From: Curvularia clavata | Lineage: Eukaryota | DNA: 64,000 nt | Direction of reading: 5' to 3' | NCBI GenBank assembly: GCA_023920165.1 | Contig: CP089276.1 | Span: 1,240,001-1,304,000 of the forward strand | Shown here: piece by piece, positions 37,965-51,608 of the stretch | Layout of the letters: each line of letters starts with the position of its first letter | How positions within the stretch are numbered: position 1 is the stretch's first letter | Translations under genes and position numbers: made by a program | Notes under the pieces: generated by a model | Told to the model about the DNA's origin: nothing | What the model saw: the letters and a program-made list of their open reading frames with translations, nothing else | Databases searched by the model: none

Positions 37965-39745
37965 TCACGACGGCCAGGTGGACTTTTTTACAGTCATTGG
38001 CATGCCGTCACGGGGTTGAGCTTCAAATACAAATTCCTGGTACGCCCTGTCTCCAAAGGTCAAGTCAAGATCAAACCATTCCGTCCTGGGCGTTTTGTTT
38101 GGTTTGAGGTCTGCGCAGGTAAAATCAAAATCTCTTGTAGTCAAGAGAAGAGCAATCACCAGCTCATCCATGGCCAGTGGTTGGCCAAGGCAAGCTCTGG
38201 GTCCGCGCTCAAACGGACGCCATGCATGCCGAGGGAAGTCTTCGCGCATATATCGCTCGGGGTCGAACTTAAGCGGGTCTATGAACGAACGTTAGCGGTT
38301 TCTAAGTGCCTTCTGAACGATGCTACATGCTACTGACCAGTGAACAGGTTAGGGTTCATATGCATAGCTAACTGAACTGGGCAAATCATCAGGTCTTTTG
38401 ATGGCCATTGTTTGCCCTTATATGTAAGAGTGTCGATGCCCTTGCGGGCAGTGTTGCCAATTGGATAAAATCTAAGGATTTCCCTCATCACTCCGTTTGT
38501 ATACTTGAGCTCGTTGAGTTTGCCTGGATTGGCCTTTAGGATCTCATACGTCGCATCGATGCCAGGGGCAAAAACACGATCATGTTCCTCGCGCATCTTT
38601 TGGACTACCTCAGGATTCACGCTCAATAGCATTTGTCCAAAGCAGAGTGTGTCTGACGTCGTGCCACTGCCAGCGATAAGTAACGTCTTCACCTGGGTCA
38701 CAGCATCTTTCAGAAATTCGGAGCTAAGCTCTGTTGCTTTGCTGTTGGCAGGGTCTGTGAGATAATCCCTGAATATCAGGTCCATAATTCCGAGACCGCG
38801 CTTCTCAGACAGATCAAGGTTGCTTCCTGTAGCAGCGCTGGGTCAGCGATGCAATAGCTTATGCAGGACAAAGTGCTTACGTTTTATGTGTTCGAATCTT
38901 TCCTTGATGAGTTTCGTCATAAAATCGTCCAGCTTGTGTCTTTCAGAGTCGCGTGTTCTGTGGGCAAAGAAGTTACCAATGTAGTTGAACGAGTCTCTCG
39001 TCTTCATTTGAGCCCGGACCATGGCCTTGAAGTACTGCAGAGCGGGGCTGCCTTTTTTCTGAGCGTCAAGTGACTGCCCAAAAGCTGCCGTCGAAATGAC
39101 ATCGAATGTCAGATTATGAGTGTAATCCTCGAACCGAAAGATCTCTCCTGATTCTGCTTTTTGATGGAGGATAGATCTGAACTTCATCACTTCGGCGGCG
39201 ACCATCGGCCTCATTTCGGTGATGTGTGAGATGGAGAACGCAGAGCTCACCATCCTGTGCAGGTGTTTCCAGCGCGGCCCATCGGTGCTAACGATATTGC
39301 TATCCCCAATTATGGGATCGACTATAAGACCAATAGCCTCGTGTTTAGGATGATTACGGATAACGGTGACATCGAGCGCAAGGTCGGGATCTGTGACGAC
39401 GATCTGGCCCCACGCGACCGGCCACAAGTCGATATAGAAGAGACCTGGCAAGTTGTACTTTCTGGAAAGCGTTGTGACGGCGGCGTGGTAGTGAACATCA
39501 CGTGGCAGCATGGCAAAGGTTTCACCCATCAGCTTGAGGTGGCCGAATAGAAAGCTGTGAGGCGGCTTGGGCTATACACGACATTAGCCCGTATCTAGGA
39601 AGCACAAGTGTGACACAAGTGGTAGTGTACGAACAAGATCTCGGTAGAAGCGGCGGACTTGAATCAGTCGCACGATACCGTAGACAAGCGATGCGACGAT
39701 GCCTGTAAAGGCAATCGTCACCCATGGCAGGTCGCGGAGAGCCAT
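37965..39745 (-). CDS. Cytochrome P450 monooxygenase
   Basis: N-terminal TM anchor, PPHSFLFGHL, I-helix AGSGTT, K-helix EILR, PER and heme motif FERGPRACLG. Four exons. Confidence 0.93.
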
Positions 39746-39954
39746 TGTCAGAGACAAAGGAGTGATGACGGGCGACGAATGGGGCTGACCACATAATGTA
39801 GTCGAATATTTATGCTGCAAGGCGCCCAGCTAGGCGGCTGGGCGCTAGTAAGCGCAACGTGAGACGGAACCTGGACTTGAGGCCATGCCATGCTCTGTTT
39901 CTGTTCGCCCAACAACAGGACCCTCGCCATACATCTGCAGCATAAAACATATAG

Positions 39955-41054
39955 CTACGGTATCTCATCGTGAACTATCCTCTCCTTGGCCGCAGCCTTC
40001 GTCCTCGCATCGAGCAGCGACATCAGCACCTGGTCTGTACCCTCCGTCAACCATGAAGTATCATGCGCGAGTGCTATATGAGCCCCATGGTCCGTCTCGA
40101 GCGCCCGCAGTTTGGCAATGGTGTCTTTCGCAGACTCAATATCGCTATGGAGGGACATGAGCTCCGAACTAGGACCTGGAAAGCAGGCGATTTCGCGTCT
40201 CCCGTCGAGCAAGTCCCTCGAATGACAGCCTGATTCAGATACCTCATCAACAAAGACTCATAAGTGTGTGCATGAGGAACAACTTACAATCACTCCCAAG
40301 CACGACCCATTCGCCATTTCGCAACCTTGCAGCGGCGGCCAAGTTACCTGGCATATGTCCTGGTGCATCCAGAATCCAGAAACTGCCGTCTCCAAAGTAA
40401 TCCAACGCCTTTTCAAACGGTCCAAATGGTTGCCATTCGCCCTCCAGTTCTTGCCATTTCTCGGTGGCGTGGTCAGGATCAAAGAACCGCCCGTCCCATT
40501 GTAGGTTGGGATTTTTCATATGACCCGGCTCGCAACTTGCCTTTGTCCCTGGACCAAAGTACGCCGTCGCATTCGGAAACAGGTTACTGATGGGTCGACA
40601 ATGGTCGAAATGAGCGTGACTATGTTCGCTTTAGCCAACGCCTTGTACGTCCCTCGCTAGTGGCTTTTTACCTAAACAGAACAGTGTCGATCTCCTGCGC
40701 GGCAACGCCCCGTTCGGATAATTGCTGCACAATGGTGCGCCTCGGACCAGAAACAGTGGTACGTTCCAGCATGTTCTTATGCACCCAAGGCGTATAGCAG
40801 CTCCGATCCTGCAATGGCATGAGTCAAGTACGGTCAAGTTTTCTTAGTCTTCGCAATCTCACCTGGTCCAAGCCCAAATCCCAGAGAACATGTCTTCCTC
40901 CGTGCGCAATGTAGAATGCCCAATTGTACATGCGAAAAGTACCAAGCTGTCCCGCATGCAAAAGACTTAAGTCGCCGATGAAACTGCCTCCATCAAGCAG
41001 TGAGAGTTCTACGAAAGCATCTGTTGATGGCAAGCCGGGCTTTGATGCGATCAT
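39955..41054 (-). CDS. Metallo-beta-lactamase-fold hydrolase (AHL-lactonase/lactamase-like)
   Basis: Four exons: WDLG, SHAHFDH (HxHxDH, about 40598-40620), DYFGDGS...DAPGHMPGN, GSDC/CH and LAHD. Confidence 0.88.
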
Positions 41055-41460
41055 AATTCATGCAAACTTGGGTTATTATCGCGGTAGGTACGAGTCGCTA
41101 AATTCATTCGCCCACGATGCCCGCATGTGTTTATCAGTGCCAATGCCCCGCAGCCGGATCATTGTACCGGGGACAAGAGTTGCCATGGAGAAGCAACCCA
41201 GGCAGCTGTGTTCTCCACGTCTCGTGTGCTATGTGCAGTCGCTCAACTACTTAGGTACCCCACTACCGCATTCCTCCGAAGCCCGGTTTAGAAGCGGGGT
41301 AAATAGCTCTCCCACTCCCGCTTCCATCCGCCTATCTTCCCCAACCAATCCCATCACACAAAGAACATATGTGCAGGAACGGCAATTCCTTCAGAAAATT
41401 CCAAGCGCCGTAGTCGCCTAATCCTCAATACCACTGACTTTCTGTTCCGTACTCATCGAC

Positions 41461-43290
41461 ATGGCAGCCACTTTCACACATCCGGCACTTGGACGAGTTC
41501 AAGGGAATCAGAGAGATGGTGTCGCCCAATTCTTGGGTCTCAAATATGCATCGATAAAAGACCGTTTTGCTCCACCTGAGGTGGTAGATAGCTACGAGTC
41601 TGGGGATATAGATGCCACCAAGTTTGGGTCCGTAGAATGTACCTGTTCGCTGTGCAACAAGTATTGAACTAGTCTAGGCCTCCTTCAGTATCACCAGTCG
41701 GCGCCATCAATGCTGAGTTCGGCTTCCTCCAGCACTCTCTACCATTGCCACAGGTACCTTCGCATTCAGATCTTGAATGCCTTAACCTCAACATTACTGT
41801 ACCCACGGGCAAAGATGGCTCTATCGACTCGAATGCAAAACTACCAGTGTACGTGTTCATCCACGGAGGCGGTTTCGCAGTCGGGAGCAGCTGGTATCCA
41901 CAGTATGACCCAACTGCTATTGTGAAGATGTCGGTTGAAAAGAAAAAACCTATAATTGGCATCACCATCAAGTAAGTTTGCGGCAGTTGTGTACAAATAC
42001 TCGCAGCTGAGACGTTTAGTTACCGGTTGGGCGTCACCGGATTCATGACATCGGCTGAACTGCGAAAGGCTGGATACAAAGCAAACAACGGTCTTCATGA
42101 TCAGCGCGCTGCCCTACGGTGGGTTAGAAAGTTCATAAGTGGCTTTGGTGGAGATCCCGATCATATCACAGCGTGTGGAGAAAGTGCTGGAGCCTGTACG
42201 TTCCACTACCAGCCAACGTAGAACCAAAGCTAATATGACAGGGTCTGTAACATCCTTGCTGAGCTCGAACGAGCCGCTGATGCGACAAGGTCTGGGCACG
42301 GGTGGAACATCACTCCTCATTACACCCGTCCCAGAATTTGTGGCGGAAGCAGCCTATCAACAGGTTGTTGAAGCATTTGGATTGGCGGATTTGTCTCCAG
42401 AAGACCGCATCAAAAGGCTCCTGAACATACCAGTCGACGATATTTGGCAAAAGGTGCCAAAATCGGCGCGCATGACACCTACGATCGATGGAGATATCGT
42501 ACCTGGCGCGCTCGACTTCCTCACTGTGTCGTCTCAGGATGACAAGCCTACATCCGTGATACCAGGCCGAAATTGGTGCAAAGCGTTAATGCTTGGAGAA
42601 TCAAAGCTCGATGTAAGTTGCTCATTTATAGCTCATGATAGAGCTGTGTCTGATTGTGTCAAGGCCAACATCTTCGCATATACGACTCTGGATGCCCGAA
42701 AATCTGGAATTGCCCAAAGCTTTATTGACTCTTGCAACAAAACCCTTGCCAATAAACCAGAAGTAGCCAAGGAACTGATCACAGCGTACAACATCACCAC
42801 TTCGTCTTCAGATGACGAAGCGCTCCTCGCCATCCTACGCTTCCTTTCTGAGGTAGCCTTTTATGCTCCCGCGCGTGCATTCGCTCAGGGCTGGCCAAAT
42901 ACCTCTGATTCAAAACTCTTCCTCTACCACTTCAACGAGGGCATTCCCTGGGAAGGTCGTTTCAAAGGCGAAGCCGGCCATATCCTAGACGTCGCCTACC
43001 TGTTTCAAAATTTCAACGAGCATTTAGATGATGCGCAACTGAAAGTGGCAAGGGAGTACGGAGAGGATTTTATCAAATTCGTCAACGGCGAGGACCCCTG
43101 GCCCCCGGTGCAACAGGGTAAGCTGGGTGCAAAGGTGTATGGGCCCAGTGCAGATGGTGTAACAAGTAGGTGGGTGCCAGATGGGGCCCCAGCGAAGATT
43201 GGACGGGATGAGAGGATACTAAAGCTGGAAGAGATGGCTGGTATGGATACACTTTTTACAGTCTTCCTGAACTTCTTCCAAGGAAAGTAA
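41461..43290 (+). CDS. Carboxylesterase type B (alpha/beta hydrolase), no signal peptide
   Basis: Motifs FLGLKYA, LECLNLNI, FIHGGGF, GLHDQ.AAL.WV, nucleophile GESAGA and C-terminal AGHILD. Confidence 0.9.
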
Positions 43291-43399
43291 CTAGGCATAA
43301 CCGACTAACTACCAACCCTGAAATTATGTCAAACCTGATCGTCACCCTGATAATGTGAGAAGTGTGTCTTAGGCTCACAAAAAAGGTATACAAACTTTC

Positions 43400-44477
43400 C
43401 TAGGAACTTCCTCCATCCACCGCCTCCAACGTCGCATACGCCGGCGCAACCACGTCCTCGCTGATATCCCCCCATGCAGACCAGTGCTTGCCGACCAATT
43501 TCTTCGCCTCCACCTCATCCGCAATCGCAATCGCCATATCCCCCACACTAATCCCTGTCATCCTCCCCTCAAACACATCGTCGCCCTGCTGTTCTCCCAC
43601 CAGCACTGCATCATCAATACTAATCTCATACTTGCCCGTGCGCTTGCCCGGCCTATATAATGCCGGTGGCGACACAAAGCTCCACTGGAACGACGTCCTT
43701 TCTTCGAAAAACATATACGAGGTACGTCCCCCCTTGATGAAATCACTCGCACCATCTTTTGAACGAACCTGCTGCTCGTACTCTGCAATCACTGCCTCGT
43801 CTTCTGCAGTACGCGGCGATGCAAGACGTGCGGAACGGTAGCGTCGGAGAGAAGTGCCTAGAATACCGAGACGCTCTTCCATGTACGCAATGTGTGCAAG
43901 GGAGGTGGAGATGGCGCGGCGGTAGGCGAGGAAAAAATCAGGGTGGTCGGCGCAGGTAATGGAGGTGCCGGGGACGTGTAGTGAGCCGGCCCCTCCGACG
44001 AAGAGAAAGTAGGATGTTGGCTGGAGCTTGTGCGCGAGGATGAGTTTGCGGACAGCTTCCAGGAAGGGCACTGTAGAATGGTGCAGTTAGAGATCATTCT
44101 TATTTTTTCTTATCAATTTGAAGTACCCGAAAAGTTGGAACCACTTTTGAATTTGGTGATGGTATGAACAAGCAGAGAACGTGAGAAATAACTAAAAAGA
44201 ACGTACTGTAAAGTAACGCCCCTACCCCCGCCGTGTGCGGCCCATACTCAGATACTAGCACGTCGAGCCCTTTGAATGTCTCTGCTATCTCTTCAATTGA
44301 CCCGTTGTCTATGTCAACGGAGCGTGGGATATAGCGCGGGTGTTTGCCCAGTTTGGAGGGATTGCGTGAAATCCCGATCACGGTATGGCCTCGATTTAGG
44401 AGTTCAACACAGAGATACGAGCCTCCGAAGCCTGCAGGGCCGATGACGCCAACTTTCAAAGGTTTTGCTAGAGACAT
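43400..44477 (-). CDS. NAD(P)H-binding Rossmann-fold protein (atypical SDR / flavin-reductase-like)
   Basis: Motifs VGVIGPAGFGGS, FVGGAGSL, WSFVSPP...PGKRTGKY and ISVGDMAIAIADE. Two exons. Confidence 0.85.
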
Positions 44478-44900
44478 GGTGTGGAAAATGGGTTATTAAG
44501 TAAAGATTTTGGGATACGATCGGGAATGTGAAAAGTAGAAGATTTACTTATTCGTCATTAGCATCTCTTGTAAGAGCGATGCATATGTTTGCTACCCCAT
44601 CCACATCCACATCCATGCATACAGGCCTTCTGGAAAAGGAATGCAGAGTACACCACAACGGATGAATTGCGCCGAGACTGATGTGTTGGAGATACTATGT
44701 TGGGGAAGAGGGGAAGAATGTGGGGCAGCGTAGACTAGCCTATGTTGTAGCCACACTAAGATGCATGTAATCATTCAGTGACAATGATATGGATCATGTA
44801 GTATACCGTTTTGGAAAAGAAAAAAAATCAAGTTTTCTTTTACGAAACTGGTAGGAATTCGAGTAACACACTGGAAAAAGGACCAAAGACATCCGACAAC

Positions 44901-45994
44901 ATGGCAGAAAACTATGCGTTCATCGGTAATTACACCAACATGCCCGGATACGAACTTTCGTTCAAGAAGCGTTCAGTAACAAGTGAAACACAGGCCTGGG
45001 AGCAATGGGCTACGCAATGGCATCAAATATCCGCATGAAAATGCCTAGGACCTCCACGCTCTTTATCAACGACATCAACGCCTCCGCCTGCACCCGCTTT
45101 ACATCAGAATACTCCTCCTACGGCACCATAGAAATTGCATCTAGTGCAAAAGAAGCCGCCGAAAATGCTAGGTATCTCATCTCAATTGTTCCAGACTCCA
45201 AAGACGTGAGAAGTGTATACCTGGACGAACAAACCGGCGTCATAGCCGCTCGCAAAGACCCCGAAAGAATCATGCTGGAATGCAGTACTATCGACGTGCA
45301 AACCACAAAAGCCGTCGGATCCGCATTACAAGAAGCGGGTATTGGGACCTACATCGACGGCCCCGTCTCAGGCGGTATGCCCGCCGCCCAGGCAGGCACT
45401 CTGGCCCTCTTAATCGGGTACCCATCTCCCTCATCCCCACTCGCGAACCCCAATCTCTCCCCACGCCTCACTCACCTTCTCTCTATGCTTGGACCTGCCT
45501 CAAAAACTATTTACCTCTCACACCTCGGCGCCGGCCTAACCGCGAAAATTGCAAATAACTACATCTCAGGTACCGTTTTACTCGCTACCGCAGAGGCCCT
45601 CGCACTCGGTGTCTCGCATGGTCTGGACCCTGAGGAGTTGTATAAAGTGATAAAATCTAGCACGGGCCAGTCTTGGATGTGTGACCATGTCATGCCTATT
45701 CCAAATGTGCAGAAGGAGTATTGGGTCCCGAGTAATAGTGGGTATAAGCCGGGTTTCAAGACGCAGATGATGATTAAAGATTTGAGCCTTGGTGTGGAGA
45801 GTGCGAGGCAAGTGGGGACGAAGTGTAGTATGGCGGAGAGGGCGGTGGAGGTATGGCAGGAAGCAGCGGTAGACGAGAGGTGTAGGGGTCGTGACGGGAG
45901 TAGTATTTATCTCCATGTTGGGGGGAAGTTGCCAGAGGGGTATGAGGATAAGGCGATGAAGAGAGAAGATGGGACTTGGGAGTTTGCGGAATAG
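44901..45994 (+). CDS. Beta-hydroxyacid dehydrogenase (3-hydroxyisobutyrate/6-phosphogluconate dehydrogenase family)
   Basis: YAFIG/LGAMG across an intron; ECSTID, DGPVSGG, catalytic KIANNY and GF...MMIKDL. Confidence 0.9.
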
Positions 45995-46162
45995 ATTTTG
46001 GAAAATGTAGTATTGGCTGATATGTAACAGAAACAGCAGAAGTATGGTCGTTTGTGTTCCAGAACAAAGGGGTCGGAACTTCATTGGAAAAATGAGAAAA
46101 AAAAATCGCTGCTGAAAATGCTACTGATAAATCTTTAATGAACCGCTTTTCCCTTAATTGCA

Positions 46163-47922
46163 TCAAACCGTCATCTCCTTCAAATTCTCGCTGACCTTGA
46201 AAGGCGCCTCCGTCTTGCTCTTGATCTCATCCACAGTAACGCCCTTGGCGTGCTCTATCAGTGTGAGACCTTCGACCCGGTCGCATTCAAAGACGGCCAA
46301 ATCGGTAATGATTGTGCTCACGCACTTCTGTCCCGTCAAAGGAAATGTGCACTGCTTAAGGATCTTGGGGTTGCCCTTCTTGTCAACGTGCTCCATGGTG
46401 ATGACAACTTTAGTTTGTGTGGGGTTTGCAACTAGGTCCATGGCGCCGCCGATACCCTTGACCTTCCCAGGAAGCATGAAGTTTGCTAGATCTAGATTTG
46501 GAATCAGATCAGGTTCAACCTTATTTAATAGAGTAAAGAGACATACCTCCGTATTGGTTGACCTGCATAGCACCGAGCATGGCAACGTCTATCCGACCTG
46601 AGCGGATCATGCCGAATGATTCGTGGCTTCCAAATGTCGATGCGCCCTTGATAAGTGTGACAGTCTCCTTTCCAGCATTGATCAAATCAGGGTCCTATCA
46701 TCACGTTAGCACCCTTCTCATATCCAACAACATATTCGTAAACAAACCTCCTCTCCAGGCTTAGGGTACCTTCCCATACCCAAAATACCGTTTTCGGACT
46801 CGAGAATGATTTCTGTACCCTCAGGCAGGAATGCGGGTGCTGCAAGTGGCATGCCAATGCCGAGATTGACATACATGCCATCCTTCAGTTCTTGTGCAGC
46901 GCGCTTGATGATGCGCTCTCGCTTTTGTGACGCTTCTGATGATCCTATTTTCTTGTCAGCGACTAACGCTTCTTGGTTGCTCGATCCGGCGTAAGACTTA
47001 CCGCCTTCCAGAAGTGCCTTCTTCTGCTCCTCTGGGCTCTTCCAGAACACCTTCCTCTCAATCTCCTTGCCTACCGTGCTCTTGATCACTCGCTTGACGT
47101 AGATTCCTTGAAGATGGATATCCTCTGGCGCAATCTCTCCATCCTCAACGATCTCGTCTGCCTCTACAATTGTCATCTTTGCATTCTTTCCCATTGCCTC
47201 GTTGAAGTTGTTTTGTGCTTTTCGGAACTGGCAGTTGCCGAGACGGTCGGCTTTGGCCACCTTGACAAAGGCATAGTCACCAAAGATGGCTTCTTCCATA
47301 ACATAAGGCTTTCCGTTGAATTCGCGAGTCTCTTTTGGTGGCGCCATCTTTGCGATTGTGCCGTCGGTGTTGTATCGGACGGGTAGCTCACCGGTTTGTA
47401 CTGCATTTTGTCAATTACAAGCCTTAGTACATATCGCTTCCTGAGATACAAACCTATTGTTCCATAGGCAGCGGGTGTGTAGAAAGCTGGAACTCCCGCA
47501 GCACCTGCAGCGCACTTCTCTGCGATGGTTCCCTGAGGAGTCAACTGCAGACTCAGTTCGCCTTTCAAGTACATTTGCTCAAAAACTTTGTTGTCGCCAA
47601 TGTAACTTGCGATCATGGTGCCGATCTGCTTCGTTTCCAGAAGTTGGCCTAATCCAACACCCGGCATGCCCGCATTGTTGCTGACAACTGTGAAGTTTGT
47701 GAGGTCTGATCGATCGCGTAGAGCATTAATAAGAGTATTTGGTACGCCTGAGAAACCGAAGCCGCCGACCAAGAGGGTAGAGTCAGACTTCATGTCCTTG
47801 ATCGCTTCCTGGGCAGAAGAGACTATTTTGTTGATCGCGGGTCGTGATGTGCTGGCAGAGAAGAAGCGCATGCCCGTCGCTGGACCGCGGCGGCGTGCTG
47901 AAAAGAGCAAAGATCTCTGCAT
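46163..47922 (-). CDS. Succinyl-CoA:3-oxoacid CoA-transferase (SCOT / 3-oxoadipate CoA-transferase-like), mitochondrial
   Basis: Presequence [36 protein letters not shown], catalytic SENG and KGIGGAMDL. Confidence 0.92.
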
Positions 47923-48553
47923 TGTGAGGTTCTAGTGACTGGGCGGTATGTAGAAGAGTTCGCTCTCAGGGAATTTCAATCCGTCCAATGCGGTTTATGA
48001 TACGTCACCAAGGAATCCGAGACTGTTTCTTGAGGATGAGCACGAAGATACCTGTAAGACGTCGGCAGCTTCTGATGTGCTTTACGATTGCCAACCCAGA
48101 ACGATATGAAAGAAAATATGGTGAATAGATGCTTGGTGCGGAGATGACGCTCCCCACACATACCACAAGGGCACGCATCATTGTTACTAGCCAGTTGAAG
48201 CTGGCCGACACAAATGCCGTGCCGATGGCGGGTAAGCAAGTCTCCACAATCGGAGGCGGCGGGAAAGAACTTAACCGAGCACATTGCGGAGGTTGCGGGC
48301 AAAACGCATGCTGATTGGTTGGAACAAGTAGCGGAAAAAGGCAAATGGGGTGCGGACATGGAAAAGGTTTCCACGCAAGCGATGGAAACCATTTCCATGG
48401 CTCAAATCAAGCATAGCTGGTTTATTCTTCGGGGGACAGTTCGGTCTTACATCACTGGGCTACTTCATTGACTATGCTACATTTTGAATATTTTGGTCAT
48501 CTGAGCCAAAGTAATCTGCTCATGGGCAACACTTTCTGCCCTTGGCATATGGA

Positions 48554-50014
48554 TCAGTAGAGGTTGCGCACGATTTGTTTCACTGCAGCACATGTCAGTT
48601 GTTGTTGTCAAGACGCCGGTGAGATGGCTTACAGCTAGCAAAATCCTTGTGCTCTTTACTGTGAAGTGCGCGCAAGGCAATGGCTTCTTCTTCGGCTTCT
48701 CCTGTTGGCACGTTGTACTGTAGGACTGTTAGTAATCACTTTCCAAACATGAGTCCATGACTTACGGCTGTCAAGCTTGTCTTGTGTCCGAGTCCCTCGA
48801 CAAGGCCAGCAATGGCATCAGCAACGATATGCGAATCTTTCTCGTCGCTACCCGTGCTCTGTTTGCCAATGTATGGAATAATTCTGGCAATCTGTTTTGC
48901 TTCCTCCGGGTTGCTGGCCTTGAAATGTACTGTAGGCGCTAGGCTAAGGCAGCTGGTAATACCGTGTGGAATGCTATACGTGGCACCGATTGCATGACCA
49001 ATGCTATGACTGAGGCCGACGCCTCCAGTGTAGAGGAACGGGAAAAGAGACGAATAGCAAGCGACGAAGAGCTTTGTGCGGACTTGCGCATCATCTGGGT
49101 TGGCCTTCGACTGGGGTAGGTAAGTGAAGAGATCTTTGATCGCCTCCAAAGCCATGCGCTTTGTGGGTATTTCAGCTGCAAGTGGATGATACATCAGCTC
49201 TACCGCATGGTCCAATGACCGAATCTGAGGTTAAGTCAGTAAGCTTCCATTGGCGTGTTCCTTGCGATGGATTTGCTTCATACCCCTGTGCTAGTCCAGA
49301 GATTCAAAGGTGTGTACAAGGCAAGGTCTCCGTCATAAACCACGGCTAATCATAGTCAGAACACGCTTGGAGCTTCCTCGAACGGGTCGCCACTTACCCT
49401 TTGGTACTAACTCTGGGTTGCTGACCGCAATTTTATGCTTCTCTTCGGTTGTGAAACCAGCATTTTGTGTGGTCTCAGCGACGCTCAGCGTCGTCGGGAC
49501 TGCGATACTCGGTATCCACTTTCCTGTCTCTTGGTGGATGTTATATGCAATAGCCTTGGCCGAATCGATAGGCGATCCACCTCCTATTGATACAAGAACA
49601 TCACATCCTGACTTTGCCATCAAAGAGGTGGCTTCTCTAATGTCTTGAATTGGTCTGTAAGGCGTGAACTTCTGGTGCGACAGACAAATCATGATATACT
49701 TACGCATGCTGCCCAATCTTACTGAACGTACCGCCATGGGCTGATCCCAAGGTCTTCTCGATATTCTTGATCACTGGAGTCTTTTCGTAAAGCGACCGGC
49801 CGGTAATGATAAATGCTTTGGTAGCGCCGAGCTCTCCAATGACATCTAGAAGCTGGTTGCTTGTTCCTTAGGTAGAGGTTTAGCTCTGGTGGAAGCCAAG
49901 AAGAGACATGTACCTACCATTTCCGTATATCATAAGTTTGATAGGTGATGCCCTGTATACTCCCTTCGTAGAGGAGTCGATGCTACCATTTTGATATTTG
50001 TTAGGAAGAGCCAT
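48554..50014 (-). CDS. Iron-containing alcohol dehydrogenase family, maleylacetate-reductase-like
   Basis: Multi-exon gene with IGGGSPIDSAKA, AVPTTLSVAE, G/IRSLDHAVE and GLSHSIGH...IPHG; ends ...KQIVRNLY*. Confidence 0.82.
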
Positions 50015-50290
50015 TGTGTAGAGGCGTGTTTGTCTCAATATGCTACCGAGAATGTTGAAAGCGAACTGGTGTGCCTTCATGCAGGCTAGATCCAGCTAAC
50101 ACCGATGTTGCCCTGAATCGGCCAGTCGTCATAGAGGGGTTTCCGGCGTCGCCCCACACAGACACTCGCCCCGCCGCAGCAAGTACCGCAACCACATGCG
50201 ATGATCCCGGGACCACGTTTTACCATACCTTTACATAGAGGGTTGTCCTGATCAAAATGGATCGCGCAAAATTTGAGGGTAATCGCAAAG

Positions 50291-51608
50291 ATGGCGAACT
50301 TCAGCAGGGCTGCACGGAGCATCCTTCAGAAGAGCCCAAATGACGTTGTACTGCTGTCTGCTGTCAGGTCCCCGATCAATCGGAGTTTCAAGGGTGGATA
50401 CAAAGATGCACACCCCGAGGATATTCTAATGCCAGTGAGTTCAGCGATGACAAATCTTGATCAATGGCTGAACCTGAGCAGGTCATGCAAGCCGCTGTAC
50501 AACGAGCTGGAATCGAGAAAAGCGACGTCAACGATGTCTTAATAGGAAATGTTCTTGCTGAACTCGGTTTCGCAAAGACAGGGCGCATGGGACTTAACCA
50601 TGCTAGCTTTCCAAATTCGACCACTTTCCACACGGTCAATCGTCAATGCTCGAGCAGCTTGCAAGCAATAACCCACATAGCACACTCAATCATGGTGGGT
50701 CAGGTGGACGTGGGGCTTGCTGGAGGCGTGGAAAGCATGTCGAGGAATTATGGCTCGCGGGGGATCCCAACAGACGTTTCTCCTACTCTGCTGAATTCCA
50801 ACATCAAGGATGCCCGTGACTGCCTCATGCCCATGGGCATCACGTCAGAGAATGTAGCAGAAAGATACAATGTTGATCGAAAGTCGCAAGATGAGTACGC
50901 CGTACGAAGTCACGGTCGTGCAAGTCACGCACAGAGAGAAGGTCGTTTTGATTGGGAGACGGTACCAGTGAAGGTGCGACGAGTTGATGAAACAAGTGGA
51001 CAGCCAGTCGAATTCGAAGTCACCAAAGACGATGGTATCCGACACGGTCTGACTTTTGAGAAAGTTTCCTCACTCAAGCCTGTATTTGGAGAAAATGGCA
51101 AGAGTACTGCTGGCAACTCGTAAGTCATCCTTCTAAGCTGCTGTTGCAAAGCTGAATATACAGCTCTCAAATCTCCGATGGAGCATCTTCCACCATTCTC
51201 GCTCGACGCTCGTGGGCAGAAGCTAGAGGCCTTCAACCACTGGGTCGCTTCGTAGGCACACAAGTCAGAGGTTGCGCGCCAGATGAAATGGGCATCAGCC
51301 CAGTCTTTGCTATACCAGCATTGCTTCAATGGACGGGCGTAGCGCTCAGCGATGTGGACATTATCGAACTGAACGAGGCCTTTGCAAGCCAAACCATTGC
51401 ATGCATACGAAAACTTGGCCTGGACGAAGACAAAGTGAATCCAAATGGTGGGGCTATAGCGCTTGGACATCCTACTGGAGCCACCGGTGCGCGTCAGACC
51501 GCGACGCTGTTCGGGGAGTTACGGCGACAGGATAAGGAGATTGGGATTGTCAGCATGTGTGCCAGCACTGGCCTGGGTGTCGCATCGCTATTCGTCAGAG
51601 AGTCATAG
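50291..51608 (+). CDS. 3-ketoacyl-CoA thiolase (3-oxoadipyl-CoA thiolase-like)
   Basis: Motifs [10 protein letters not shown] (catalytic Cys), [31 protein letters not shown] and SMCASTG. Confidence 0.93.
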
